Both the position numbers and the translations under genes were made by a program. The notes under the pieces are model-generated. The model saw only the letters and a program-made list of their open reading frames with translations, searched no databases and was not told the DNA's origin. DNA of 32,000 nucleotides from Pseudodesulfovibrio piezophilus C1TLV30 (GTDB lineage Bacteria; Desulfobacterota; Desulfovibrionia; Desulfovibrionales; Desulfovibrionaceae), in the NCBI RefSeq assembly GCF_000341895.1, contig NC_020409.1, positions 3,482,411 through 3,514,410 of the forward strand. Reading direction: 5' to 3'. Position 1 is the stretch's first letter, and every line of letters begins with the position of its first letter. Below, one piece after another: positions 7,779 through 16,939 of the stretch.

Positions 7779-9674
7779 ATGCATTTGACCGGTTACGTGG
7801 GCCTGCTTTTTTCCTTGCTCGCCTTCCTTTTTCTCGCCATCTGGGCTGGTTTCGCCGCCTGGACACAAAAGGATGAATCCCTGATCCTTGTCGAAAGGGG
7901 GCAACTACTCGCCGGTTCCGGCGTTATTTTTTCTTCCCTGATCCTTCTTGTCGCCCTGACATCCCGAGACTATTCTTTTCAATACGTTTATGAAAATGTC
8001 GATAATGCGCTGGCGTTCGTCTATACCCTTACCGCATTTTGGGGTGGGCGCGAAGGGTCACTTCTCTTTTGGGAACTGGTTATCGCGCTTTCGGGAATGC
8101 TCTTTGTCTTTACCCCTGGCTATAAATTGCTTTCACCGAGAACCCGGCTATTCTTTTGGACGTTTTTTCTGGCCATTCAGGGGTTTTTCCTGCTCCTGCT
8201 GACCTGCTGGTCAAACCCGTTTATCGAAATGATCCCAGCCCCCAGTGACGGGCGGGGACTGAATCCATTGCTTCGTAATCCAGGCATGATTTTTCACCCC
8301 CCCTTGTTATTCCTCGGGTTTGCGGGGTATGCGATCCCTGCTGCGTGCGCACTTGCGGCATCCATTGCCGGGGAAAGCAAGTCCTGGATCAAGGTCTGTC
8401 GCAACTGGAATATCCTTTCCTGGGTTTTCCTGACCGCCGGAATTGTCCTCGGTGGCTGGTGGTCTTACATGGAGCTTGGATGGGGTGGTTACTGGGCTTG
8501 GGACCCCGTGGAAAACGCTTCGCTCATACCCTGGTTTGCCGGGACAGCGGTTCTGCATACATCCCTTATCGAGGCCAGACGGAATGCATTGCAACGCAGT
8601 AATGTTTTTCTGATGTCCATGACTTTTCTGCTCTGCGTGTTTTCAACATATCTGACCAGATCAGGTGTTATCGATTCCCTGCATTCCTTTGGAGAATCAG
8701 GCGTGGCTGTCCCCCTTTTCTGGGGCCAGATGGCTCTCCTTGTCATAACCTTGATGGTCACCTTCATGAGTGAACGTTTGACATACAGAACCCTTTCCGA
8801 CTTTTTGAGTCGCCAGGGGATGCTTGTCATTACGGCCTGGTTTCTGCTCGCCCTTGGTGTGGTCGTCACTCTTGGAACCATGTGGCCGGTGATTAGTCAA
8901 ATCTGGACGACCCAATCGATGGGCTTGGATGCCAATTTCTATAATCGAGTCTGTCTGCCGTTCATGTCTGTTTTGATTTTACTCTTCTGCTACTGTCCGT
9001 GGCTCGGCTGGAAAGGCGGCGTGCGCAACAAAATTGGTATTTCCATAGTATCCGGCGCACTTGTCATCGGTTTCTTCGGATTTTATGCCGCTGGTATCAG
9101 CAAACCACTTGCCACTCTGACTGCCGCAGCCTGCGTGGCCGCTCTTATCAGCATTGCGACCCTATTCATTCTGAATCCAGCCATGCGCAAGAGCCGTCGA
9201 GCATGGGGTACCTATGGAATACACCTTGGATTGGTGCTCATGGCACTGGGTATTGCCTTTTCAGGCCCGTACAAAATTGAGCATGAATTTGTCATGGAGC
9301 AGGGTGAAGTGGTGGAACTTGGCGGATACAAGATAAAATATGTCTCCATGTCCGAGGATAGCACCGAAGAACTTCGCGCTCGAGCCACAACAACACTTGA
9401 AGTGTCCAAAGGAGACACTCTTGTTGGTCTGATGCATCCAGACAAACGTATTTACAAGAACTTCGAAAAGCAGCAGTTCGCCGAAGTTTCCACGATCTTC
9501 AGTCTTGGCGATGAATTGTATTCGACATTGCTCGGGTTTACCGATCAGAGCAAGGCCAGCTTCAAGATCAGTGTCAACCCTCTGGTCAACTGGGTATGGA
9601 TCGGTGGCACTATCATGTGCATCCTGCCTTTGCTGGTTCTGACCCGCATTCGCAAGCCGGAGGAAACCAACTAA
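7779..9674 (+). CDS. ccmF: Cytochrome c-type biogenesis protein CcmF (heme lyase component)
   Basis: 631-aa polytopic membrane protein with WWD motif WGGYWAWDPVENASLIPW. AAGGAG SD upstream of the ATG. Confidence 0.92.
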   Translation: MHLTGYVGLLFSLLAFLFLAIWAGFAAWTQKDESLILVERGQLLAGSGVIFSSLILLVALTSRDYSFQYVYENVDNALAFVYTLTAFWGGREGSLLFWELVIALSGMLFVFTPGYKLLSPRTRLFFWTFFLAIQGFFLLLLTCWSNPFIEMIPAPSDGRGLNPLLRNPGMIFHPPLLFLGFAGYAIPAACALAASIAGESKSWIKVCRNWNILSWVFLTAGIVLGGWWSYMELGWGGYWAWDPVENASLIPWFAGTAVLHTSLIEARRNALQRSNVFLMSMTFLLCVFSTYLTRSGVIDSLHSFGESGVAVPLFWGQMALLVITLMVTFMSERLTYRTLSDFLSRQGMLVITAWFLLALGVVVTLGTMWPVISQIWTTQSMGLDANFYNRVCLPFMSVLILLFCYCPWLGWKGGVRNKIGISIVSGALVIGFFGFYAAGISKPLATLTAAACVAALISIATLFILNPAMRKSRRAWGTYGIHLGLVLMALGIAFSGPYKIEHEFVMEQGEVVELGGYKIKYVSMSEDSTEELRARATTTLEVSKGDTLVGLMHPDKRIYKNFEKQQFAEVSTIFSLGDELYSTLLGFTDQSKASFKISVNPLVNWVWIGGTIMCILPLLVLTRIRKPEETN

Positions 9675-10342
9675 TGATCGGCGAGGAGAAACCACTCCTT
9701 ACCGTGAAAAAGGCAGCCAAGTTTTACGGGAGCAAGTTGGTCTTCAAGGATATTAACTGCCATATCAAAGCTGGAGAGATCCTTTTGATAGCCGGTCCTA
9801 ACGGTGCGGGAAAATCCACTCTGATGAGAATCATGGCAGGATTGTCACTTCCTTCGGCTGGAGAGGTCTCTTTGCACCTTGATTCTGAGGACATGGCGTA
9901 TCTGGGGCATGCCACCTTTATTTATCCGGGATTATCTGCCCTTGCCAACCTTGCCTTCTGGGGAACAATGTACGGTCTTTCCCCGTTACGGGAAGAGTTA
10001 ATGGCTTTGCTCCAGCGGGTTGGTCTTGAACGTGCCGCAGAAGAGAAGGCCGGTTCTTTTTCGCGAGGTATGGCCCAGCGGTTGAACCTTGCCCGTATCT
10101 ATCTTGTCGAACCGAAGCTCATTTTTCTTGATGAGCCTGGGACCGGACTGGACCCGAAATCCTTGGCTACATTACGCCGGGAGATAGCTGGTTTCAGGGA
10201 TAGCGGGACCAGTGTTGTCTGGATCAGTCATCACGTATTGGAAGATGCCGCTTTGGCGGATACGGTTCTGTCCATTGGCAATAAAAAAGTCGAATACTTC
10301 GGTCCTGCCTCCCGGTTTGCGTTGGAGGCGGCGAAGTGCTGA
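9674..10342 (+). CDS. ccmA: Heme exporter ABC ATPase CcmA
   Basis: Walker A GPNGAGKS, signature-like FSRGMAQRL, Walker B LIFLDEP. Start taken at ATG 9674, overlapping the ccmF stop (TAATG), rather than the track's upstream 9596. Confidence 0.85.
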   Translation: MIGEEKPLLTVKKAAKFYGSKLVFKDINCHIKAGEILLIAGPNGAGKSTLMRIMAGLSLPSAGEVSLHLDSEDMAYLGHATFIYPGLSALANLAFWGTMYGLSPLREELMALLQRVGLERAAEEKAGSFSRGMAQRLNLARIYLVEPKLIFLDEPGTGLDPKSLATLRREIAGFRDSGTSVVWISHHVLEDAALADTVLSIGNKKVEYFGPASRFALEAAKC

Positions 10343-11013
10343 AAAGAACGTACGCCTTTACTTCCAAGGATCTGAGACTTTCTCTGTCGGGTGGCCAGGG
10401 GCTCGTGCAGGCAGTCCTCCTCGGCTTATTGCTCATTTTCATGTTTTCTCTTTCCAAGCCGATGGGGGGGCTCGTTTCACCCCAGGCGGCTGGTGCCATT
10501 TTTTGGCTTGCCTCCGCGTTTGGTTTGGTATTGGTCTTCAACGATCTTTTTGCCATAGAAGAAGTCAACGGCGCGCGTATCGGTGTGCTCTCGTCACCCG
10601 CCCCTGTTCACGCAGTCTGGATAGGCAAAGGTGTGGCCGGTTTGAGTTTGCTGTTGATTTCACAGCTAGTCTTCCTGCCTGCGACGATCGCCTTCCTTGG
10701 GCAGGTCATTTATGGACCTTGGTGGCTGATATGTGTGACATTAGTTGGTGCTGATATCGGGCTGGTTGTGATCGGTGCTTTGCTGGGGGCACTCAGTCAG
10801 GGGCAGGCTGCGCGGGAGTCTCTCTTGTCTGTCATTGTGTTCCCGCTTCTTTTGCCGGTTTTATTGGCTGGAATTTCCTTGTTTGGCATGTGCTTTGATC
10901 CTGGTGTGGCCGAGGGGTGCGACAAATGGCTCGGCCTGATCTTTGCCTTTGATTGTCTTTTCGCCGGGGCCGGACTTTTCCTGTTCCCGTTTGTCTACAG
11001 TGGGGAAGAGTAG
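10336..11013 (+). CDS. ccmB: Heme exporter membrane protein CcmB
   Basis: 225-aa multi-TM protein directly after ccmA. Its GTG start overlaps the ccmA stop. Position and size fit CcmB. Confidence 0.8.
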   Translation: MLKRTYAFTSKDLRLSLSGGQGLVQAVLLGLLLIFMFSLSKPMGGLVSPQAAGAIFWLASAFGLVLVFNDLFAIEEVNGARIGVLSSPAPVHAVWIGKGVAGLSLLLISQLVFLPATIAFLGQVIYGPWWLICVTLVGADIGLVVIGALLGALSQGQAARESLLSVIVFPLLLPVLLAGISLFGMCFDPGVAEGCDKWLGLIFAFDCLFAGAGLFLFPFVYSGEE

Positions 11014-11015
11014 AT

Positions 11016-11678
11016 ATGAAAGTTAAAATTCTTGCTGTGTTGGCAGGCATTGGGTTGCTTGTTCACCAGTATTTCATCTGGTTTTATGCGCCGATCGCCC
11101 AGTCCGGTTTGGTGCAGAAGATTTTTTATATGCATCTGCCGTGTTCATGGTGGGCGCTTGTGAGTTTTTTCGTCGTTTTTGTCGCTTCCATTCTTTATCT
11201 GTTCAAACGCGATGAAGTCTTTGACCGGGTGGCCGGTGCAGCTGCGGAGGTGGGAGTCCTCTTTGCTTCCTTGGCCTTGTTGACCGGATCTGTCTGGGCG
11301 CGCGCGGAATGGGGTCATTGGTGGTTATGGGACCCAAAACTGACGACGGCTCTGATCATGTGGTATGTCTATGCCGGGTATTTAGTGCTCCGCAACACTC
11401 CTATGGGCAGAGATCGCAAGGCGCTGGTGTGCGCTGTGCTGGGTATAGTCGCTTTTCTAGATGTTCCTCTGGTCTTTTTTTCTGCAAAATTGTGGGGAAG
11501 TGCCCATCCTGATGGATTGGCACGGAAAAGCTCAGGAATGGAGGTTCGTATGTGGCATACCGTTTTTACTGGGCTTGCCGCTTTTGGCTTTGTCTGGGGT
11601 GCCATGCTTTTGAGCCGGGTCAAGCAGTTGGCGCACCACGCCCGTCTGGAAGCCTTGTTTGTTTGGGATGATGAATAG
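11016..11678 (+). CDS. ccmC: Heme exporter / heme-handling protein CcmC
   Basis: WWD motif WGHWWLWDPKLT and conserved His context FYMHLP. Start taken at ATG 11016, 2 nt after the ccmB stop. Confidence 0.9.
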   Translation: MKVKILAVLAGIGLLVHQYFIWFYAPIAQSGLVQKIFYMHLPCSWWALVSFFVVFVASILYLFKRDEVFDRVAGAAAEVGVLFASLALLTGSVWARAEWGHWWLWDPKLTTALIMWYVYAGYLVLRNTPMGRDRKALVCAVLGIVAFLDVPLVFFSAKLWGSAHPDGLARKSSGMEVRMWHTVFTGLAAFGFVWGAMLLSRVKQLAHHARLEALFVWDDE

Positions 11679-11707
11679 TCGTAAAAGAACTCAATGAAGG
11701 ATATAAC

Positions 11708-11854
11708 ATGTCTGCAATTACCTACCTGTTCATAGCCAACTGCGCGGTTTGGCTCGGTGTGGCCGGTTATCTCATTTTTCTGGCTTCCAAATCCTGTGGC
11801 CTGGAAAAACGCATGCAGCAGCTTGAGCTTTTAGGAGATGAGAATGATCGCTAA
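11708..11854 (+). CDS. ccmD: CcmD-family small membrane protein (48 aa), absent from the supplied ORF track
   Basis: ATG 11708 preceded by AAGGA. Product is MSAITYLFIANCAVWLGVAGYLIFLASKSCGLEKRMQQLELLGDENDR: a single TM helix plus a charged tail, in the ccmD position after ccmC. Confidence 0.6.
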   Translation: MSAITYLFIANCAVWLGVAGYLIFLASKSCGLEKRMQQLELLGDENDR

Positions 11855-12446
11855 TAGTGCTGAATTGGGACGTAAGGTGGTTTTGCTGACGGTGTTCGTG
11901 GCCGTCGCTGCCATGTTCGTGACGAGTTTCAATTATCGGATGAACCATCCCAATCTGTTTGTTCAGGTTCAAGCTGCCCATACGGCAGATGATGGTCATG
12001 ATCATGGAGATCAGCCGGTTCCTCCTCCGGGAATGGGTGGCTCCATGTCTCAGGTGAAGGAATTCATGGATAGGGTTGAAAAGAACCCAGATGATGTTGA
12101 CGCGCTGGTCAACCTCGGAAAAGCATTTCTCATGATGCGGGCCTGGGATCGCGCCATTGACCCTCTGGAAAAGGCTCAGTCTCTTCAGCCTGAGAATACA
12201 GAAGTGCTCAAGGCATTAGGTATTGCGCACTTCAATAAAGAGGATTTTACCAAAGCCTCTGCTGCTTATGATGCAATCCTCAGGATCACGCCTGAAGATA
12301 GTCTCGCTTTGTTCAATCAAGGGGTTATTTTCAAATATTATTTTGAAAAACCCGGTGAAGCCAGAAAGTACTTCGAAAAAATACTGGCTACAGAAAAGAA
12401 TGACGAACAGATGCGAAAGATGGCCGAGCAGGAGCTGGAGAAGTAA
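11844..12446 (+). CDS. Membrane-anchored TPR-repeat protein, possibly a CcmI-like apocytochrome chaperone
   Basis: N-terminal TM helix, His/Asp-rich linker HTADDGHDHGD, then TPR-like repeats (ALVNLGKAFL..., LKALGIAHF..., ALFNQGVIF...). AGGAG sits 6 nt upstream of ATG 11844, and the ORF overlaps the ccmD end. The function call is inference from context. Confidence 0.65.
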   Translation: MIANSAELGRKVVLLTVFVAVAAMFVTSFNYRMNHPNLFVQVQAAHTADDGHDHGDQPVPPPGMGGSMSQVKEFMDRVEKNPDDVDALVNLGKAFLMMRAWDRAIDPLEKAQSLQPENTEVLKALGIAHFNKEDFTKASAAYDAILRITPEDSLALFNQGVIFKYYFEKPGEARKYFEKILATEKNDEQMRKMAEQELEK

Positions 12447-12498
12447 AATATCGAGCAATGCCGAAATGTTGACGTATGTGGTCAGTGTGGATGGTATA

Positions 12499-12526
12499 TT
12501 GACAAGTTCTTTAAAATAAATACAAT
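12499..12526 (+). promoter_or_regulatory. Candidate sigma70-type promoter for the liv operon (TTGACA-16 nt-TACAAT)
   Basis: Near-consensus hexamers at 12499-12504 and 12521-12526, about 110 nt upstream of the livK start. Confidence 0.45.
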
Positions 12527-12637
12527 GCTTCATTCCATTTGAAACTCCGTGGGGAGACGGGGCAGATGGATAACCGTTTTGTGTTTGTCTGTGAGCAGTC
12601 TAACTGTTGGAACCTTATACATTTTAGGAGAGGAAGT

Positions 12638-13792
12638 ATGAGAAAACTGCATCTGATCGCGTTGTGCATAGCGATGGTCGCCTTGTTGGCGGCATGCGGC
12701 GGCGAAGAAAAAAAAGGTGAAGAAAAAAAAGCTGAAGCTCCGGCTCCGGCAGCCAAATTGGTCCTTGGTGTCGCTGGTGCTCATTCTGGAGATTTGGCAT
12801 CATATGGCTTGCCGAGCGTCAATGCAGCCAAACTGGTGGCCGCCAAGTTCAATGCCGCAGGTGGTGTGAATGGTGCCATGGTGGAAGTTGCTGCACAGGA
12901 TGACCAGTGCAAGCCCGAGTTGGCTACCAATGCCGCTACCAAGATGGTTTCCGATGACGTCAAGATAGTGCTCGGCCACATTTGCTCCGGTGCGACCAAG
13001 GCCGCTTTGCCCATCTATCTTGAGTCGAAGATTGTTCTCATGTCTCCCTCTGCCACTAATCCGCCGTTGACTCAGTCCGGCGATTATCCGAATTTTTTCC
13101 GTACTATCGCACCTGATGATGCGCAGGCTTCTCTTGAAGTTGCCTTTGCCAAGGGCCTTGGCCTCAAAAAGATCGCCGTCATTCATGACAAGGGCGACTA
13201 CGGTAAGGGTTTCGCTTCCTTCTGCAAGACATTCATTGAGCAGGAAGAGGGTATTGATGTTGTTTTGTTTGAAGGCGTGACGCCGGGCGCAGTGGATTAT
13301 TCAGCTGTTGTGCAGAAGATCAAAAGCTCTGGTGCCGATGGAGTCATTTTCGGTGGCTATCATCCTGAAGCTTCCAAGATCGTCTCCGGCATGCGCAAGA
13401 AGAATCTTGAAGTTCCTTTCCTTTCCGATGATGGTGTGAAGGACGAAACATTCATCAAGGTTGCAGGCAAGTACGCTGAAGGCGTCTACGCTACCGGTCC
13501 CATGGATTTCTCCAGCAATCCGATTTACCAGGAAGCTGTTGCTGCCCATAAGGCCGAATTCGGCGCTGATCCCGGCCCCTTCTTTCCTGAAGCATACTCC
13601 GCTGCCATGGCGCTGCTGACAGCTGTCCAGAATGCTGGTGGCACAGACTACGACAAAGTCACTGAAGCACTGCGTACTCAGTATGTTGATACCGCTGTTG
13701 GCAAGATCAAGTTCGATGCCAAGGGTGACGCGGAAGGTGTCGGCTTCTCTGTTTATCAGGTTCGTGATGGCCAGTACGTAGAAGTCAAGTAG
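12638..13792 (+). CDS. livK: Branched-chain amino acid ABC transporter substrate-binding protein (lipoprotein-type signal peptide)
   Basis: Type I periplasmic binding fold signature (LGVAGAHSGDLASYG..., IVLGHICSGAT...). Start at ATG 12638 with an AGGAGAGGAAG SD. Signal peptide MRKLHLIALCIAMVALLAAC with an LAAC lipobox. Confidence 0.85.
   Translation: MRKLHLIALCIAMVALLAACGGEEKKGEEKKAEAPAPAAKLVLGVAGAHSGDLASYGLPSVNAAKLVAAKFNAAGGVNGAMVEVAAQDDQCKPELATNAATKMVSDDVKIVLGHICSGATKAALPIYLESKIVLMSPSATNPPLTQSGDYPNFFRTIAPDDAQASLEVAFAKGLGLKKIAVIHDKGDYGKGFASFCKTFIEQEEGIDVVLFEGVTPGAVDYSAVVQKIKSSGADGVIFGGYHPEASKIVSGMRKKNLEVPFLSDDGVKDETFIKVAGKYAEGVYATGPMDFSSNPIYQEAVAAHKAEFGADPGPFFPEAYSAAMALLTAVQNAGGTDYDKVTEALRTQYVDTAVGKIKFDAKGDAEGVGFSVYQVRDGQYVEVK
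12704..12733 (+). repeat. Tandem 15-nt repeat (14/15 identical), each copy containing an A8 tract, inside the livK linker region
   Basis: GAAGAAAAAAAAGGT (12704-12718) and GAAGAAAAAAAAGCT (12719-12733), encoding EEKKG-EEKKA. Confidence 0.9.
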
Positions 13793-13815
13793 TCTCTCTG
13801 GAATAATTACTCTCG

Positions 13816-13847
13816 GCCAGGGGACAGGGTGTAACCTGTCCCCTGGC
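13816..13847 (+). terminator. Strong intra-operon hairpin between livK and livH (partial terminator or mRNA stabiliser)
   Basis: Perfect 13-bp stem GCCAGGGGACAGG/CCTGTCCCCTGGC with a 6-nt loop, followed by ATTATTT. Confidence 0.55.
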
Positions 13848-13875
13848 ATTATTTAATGTATGGGAATATAATCCT

Positions 13876-14778
13876 ATGGAATATTTTCTGGAACTGCTTG
13901 TTGGTGGATTGACCCGAGGCAGCATCTACGCGCTCATAGCCTTGGGCTACACCATGGTTTACGGCATCATCGAGTTGATTAACTTTGCGCATGGTGAAAT
14001 ATACATGATTGGTGCTTTTACCGGCCTTATCGCTGCGGGATTGCTGACCATGCTCGGGTTTCCAGGACCTGCGATACTTGCTATCGCCCTTGTGTGCGCG
14101 GTGATATGGGCTGCAGCCTATGGATATACCATCGAGAAAGTGGCTTACAAACCCCTTCGGGGCGCACCTCGCCTTTCTCCACTTATTTCTGCAATCGGTA
14201 TGTCCATTTTTTTGCAGAATTATGTCATGTTGGCTCAAACTTCGGATTTCCTTTCTTTCCCGGAGCTTATCCCTGAATTTGACTTTATGAAGGGAGCAGG
14301 CTCCATGCTCAGTTCTTCTGAACTTGTCATCGTTGCCGCGACAGTGCTTGTCTGCATCGGCCTGACCTTGTTCATCAAGTTTACCAAACTTGGCAAGGCC
14401 ATGCGTGCCACTGCTCAGAACAGAAAAATGGCCCTGCTGGTCGGCATCAATGTCGACATGGTGATTTCTGCAACTTTTGTCCTTGGGTCCAGCTTGGCTG
14501 CTGTCGGTGGTGTCCTGATTGCTTCCCATATTGGGCAAATAAATTACTTCATCGGATTTATTGCAGGTATCAAGGCTTTTACAGCCGCAGTCCTTGGTGG
14601 GATTGGGTCAATTCCCGGCGCCATGCTCGGAGCTTTGGTCCTTGGTCTGACAGAGGCTTTTGCCACAGGGTATGTCTCTTCAGACTATGAAGATGTGTTC
14701 GCATTCTGCTTGCTCGTCCTCATCTTGATTTTCCGTCCCTCAGGGATCATGGGTAAGGAAAAGGTTCAGAAGGTTTAA
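13876..14778 (+). CDS. livH: Branched-chain amino acid ABC transporter permease LivH
   Basis: 300-aa polytopic protein. MEYFLELLVGGLTRGSIYALIALGYTMVYG is a typical LivH N-terminus. Confidence 0.9.
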   Translation: MEYFLELLVGGLTRGSIYALIALGYTMVYGIIELINFAHGEIYMIGAFTGLIAAGLLTMLGFPGPAILAIALVCAVIWAAAYGYTIEKVAYKPLRGAPRLSPLISAIGMSIFLQNYVMLAQTSDFLSFPELIPEFDFMKGAGSMLSSSELVIVAATVLVCIGLTLFIKFTKLGKAMRATAQNRKMALLVGINVDMVISATFVLGSSLAAVGGVLIASHIGQINYFIGFIAGIKAFTAAVLGGIGSIPGAMLGALVLGLTEAFATGYVSSDYEDVFAFCLLVLILIFRPSGIMGKEKVQKV

Positions 14779-14808
14779 CATTGACGCCAGGGAGATCTTT
14801 CGGATCAC

Positions 14809-16152
14809 TTGGCCGCAAGGAATATACTAGTGAATAACTCATGTAAGACAAGAGATCAGCAGAGCTGTCTGGAGTTCTTTCTGACTGCGGGGTGTGACGG
14901 ATACGTCGCAGCGGTCAAAAAGTCTTTTCTGGTAGCTGTCTGGTTTGTTTTTCTGACCTTTCCGATTATGGTCATCAAGGTCGATACCATCGACAAGACC
15001 GTGGTCTGGCGTTGGGAAAACATGGTATATGTGGCGCTTTCCGTCTTTTTCGGTTCATTCGTCTGGCGATGGTTGTTGGCTCGCAAGGAATTGAAGGAGG
15101 ATAATTCCCAGAAAGAGTCACGCGTGGAGTCTGCGCTCAATCGACTTCAGGCCATGCCACTCCTCAAATTCTCCATCCTTATTCTCATAGCAGTCTTCGC
15201 TGCTGTTGCTCCAATCAAATTCAATCTTCTTGGACAGAAACTTCAATTCTTCGACTTGTATCAGACCAACATCATGATTTCATGTCTGGTCTATATAGTC
15301 CTTGGTCTGGGGTTGAATATTGTTGTCGGGTTGGCCGGTCTGCTTGATCTCGGATATGTCGCTTTCTACGCAGTTGGAGCATATGCATATGCTCTCTGCA
15401 ATATGCATTGGGGAATTGGATTCTGGTACATGCTTCCCATAGGAGCGGTACTCGGCGCACTTTTGGGTGTTATTCTCGGTTTTCCCGTTTTGCGATTACG
15501 CGGCGATTATCTGGCTATTGTCACTTTGGGGTTCGGGGAAATAATCAGGCTCGTTCTGGAAAACTGGGGCGATGTGACTATGGGGCCATCCGGTATTTCC
15601 AGCATCGCGCGTCCCGGACTTTTTGGCGTCAAGCTCGGTGTTATTGGTTCTACCGTTTATATGTACTATATAATGGTCGGCTTGCTGATTTTTACTATTT
15701 TTTGTGTCAACCGATTGCAGAATTCTCGCATAGGCCGCGCCTGGCTTGCTCTGCGAGAGGATGAGATAGCTTGTCAAGCCATGGGTATTGACAAGGTCAA
15801 GACCAAGTTGATGGCTTTTGCTTTGGGCGCCACTTGGGCCGGAATGGCCGGTGTGGTTTTTGCGGCTAAAACGACTTTCATCAATCCTGCATCATTCACC
15901 TTCTGGGAATCGGCTATTATTCTTTCCATTGTGGTTATCGGTGGGATGGGATCTATCCGAGGCGTTGTTGCCGGAGCAATCATTCTGATTCTCGTACCCG
16001 AATATCTTCGTGATTTTGCCGAGTTCAGAATGCTGCTCTTTGGTGCGATCATGGTTTTGGTCATGGTTTTCAGACCACAGGGATTGATCAGTGCCAAACG
16101 CAAAATCTATGAATATAAAGCAATCAACACTGCGGGTACGGGAAATGAATAA
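14809..16152 (+). CDS. livM: Branched-chain amino acid ABC transporter permease LivM (start uncertain)
   Basis: LivM-like core (GLNIVVGLAGLLDLGYVAFYAVGAY). The only in-frame starts before the first TM are TTG 14809 and GTG near 14827, so the N-terminus is uncertain. Confidence 0.85.
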   Translation: MAARNILVNNSCKTRDQQSCLEFFLTAGCDGYVAAVKKSFLVAVWFVFLTFPIMVIKVDTIDKTVVWRWENMVYVALSVFFGSFVWRWLLARKELKEDNSQKESRVESALNRLQAMPLLKFSILILIAVFAAVAPIKFNLLGQKLQFFDLYQTNIMISCLVYIVLGLGLNIVVGLAGLLDLGYVAFYAVGAYAYALCNMHWGIGFWYMLPIGAVLGALLGVILGFPVLRLRGDYLAIVTLGFGEIIRLVLENWGDVTMGPSGISSIARPGLFGVKLGVIGSTVYMYYIMVGLLIFTIFCVNRLQNSRIGRAWLALREDEIACQAMGIDKVKTKLMAFALGATWAGMAGVVFAAKTTFINPASFTFWESAIILSIVVIGGMGSIRGVVAGAIILILVPEYLRDFAEFRMLLFGAIMVLVMVFRPQGLISAKRKIYEYKAINTAGTGNE

Positions 16153-16939
16153 TCCAGTTTTGAACGTCAACAGTGTCAGCAAGGACTTTGGCGGCATCCG
16201 TGCCCTCGATGAGGTTGATCTTGTTGTCGGCGACAAAGAGATTGTCGCTCTCATTGGTCCCAATGGTGCAGGAAAGACGACTTTTTTTAACTGCATTACC
16301 GGTATTTACACACCAACCAGTGGTGAAGTGCTGATTGATCCGAAAATTACAGGTAAACCCCGTCGCATCAACGGAAAGAAGCCTAACGTCGTCACAGAAC
16401 TGGGGATGGCTCGTACTTTCCAGAATATCAGGTTGTTTCCATCCATGACGGCTTTGGAAAATGTCATGATCGGAACCCATTGCAGGACAACTTCTTCCAT
16501 ATGGGGGGCCGTTTCTCGGAATAAAGCAACACGTAAGGAAGAACAGGCTGTTGTCCAGCGGAGTTACGAATTGCTCAAGCTGGTCGGACTTGAGCAGTAT
16601 GTCAACGAGTTGGCCTCGAATATTGCCTATGGGAAACAACGTAGGCTCGAAATTGCTCGTGCTTTGGCGACAGATCCGTTTCTTTTGCTTCTCGATGAAC
16701 CAGCCGCTGGTATGAATCCTCAGGAAACCCTGGAGTTGGAAAGACTCATTGTGGATATTCGTGAGCAGTTCAATATTTCGATCATGCTCATTGAACATGA
16801 TATGAAAATGGTCATGTCCATGTCAGACCGTATATATGTGCTGGATTACGGCCGCATGATAGCGGATGGTACGCCGCAGGAAATTGCCGAAAACCCGGCC
16901 GTCATCAAGGCCTATCTTGGGGAAGACGACGATGACTAA
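16145..16939 (+). CDS. livG: Branched-chain amino acid ABC transporter ATPase LivG
   Basis: Walker A GPNGAGKT, YGKQRRLEIARAL, Walker B LLLLDEPAAG. ATG 16145 overlaps the livM end by 8 nt. Confidence 0.9.
   Translation: MNNPVLNVNSVSKDFGGIRALDEVDLVVGDKEIVALIGPNGAGKTTFFNCITGIYTPTSGEVLIDPKITGKPRRINGKKPNVVTELGMARTFQNIRLFPSMTALENVMIGTHCRTTSSIWGAVSRNKATRKEEQAVVQRSYELLKLVGLEQYVNELASNIAYGKQRRLEIARALATDPFLLLLDEPAAGMNPQETLELERLIVDIREQFNISIMLIEHDMKMVMSMSDRIYVLDYGRMIADGTPQEIAENPAVIKAYLGEDDDD

Noticed and set aside
9596-9673. Upstream extensions of ORF-track starts: ccmA 9596, ccmC 10953, livK 12539, livG 16091, livF 16866, uraA 28965, tatB-like 21369
   Set aside because: Each extension overlaps the preceding gene or lacks an SD. 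In every case an internal ATG with a good SD or stop-start overlap gives a canonical N-terminus.
13849-14538. 229-aa minus-strand ORF
   Set aside because: Antisense to livH, which has unambiguous permease sequence. The product is Arg/His/Lys-rich low-complexity sequence typical of shadow ORFs.
16124-16798. 224-aa minus-strand ORF
   Set aside because: Antisense shadow of livG.
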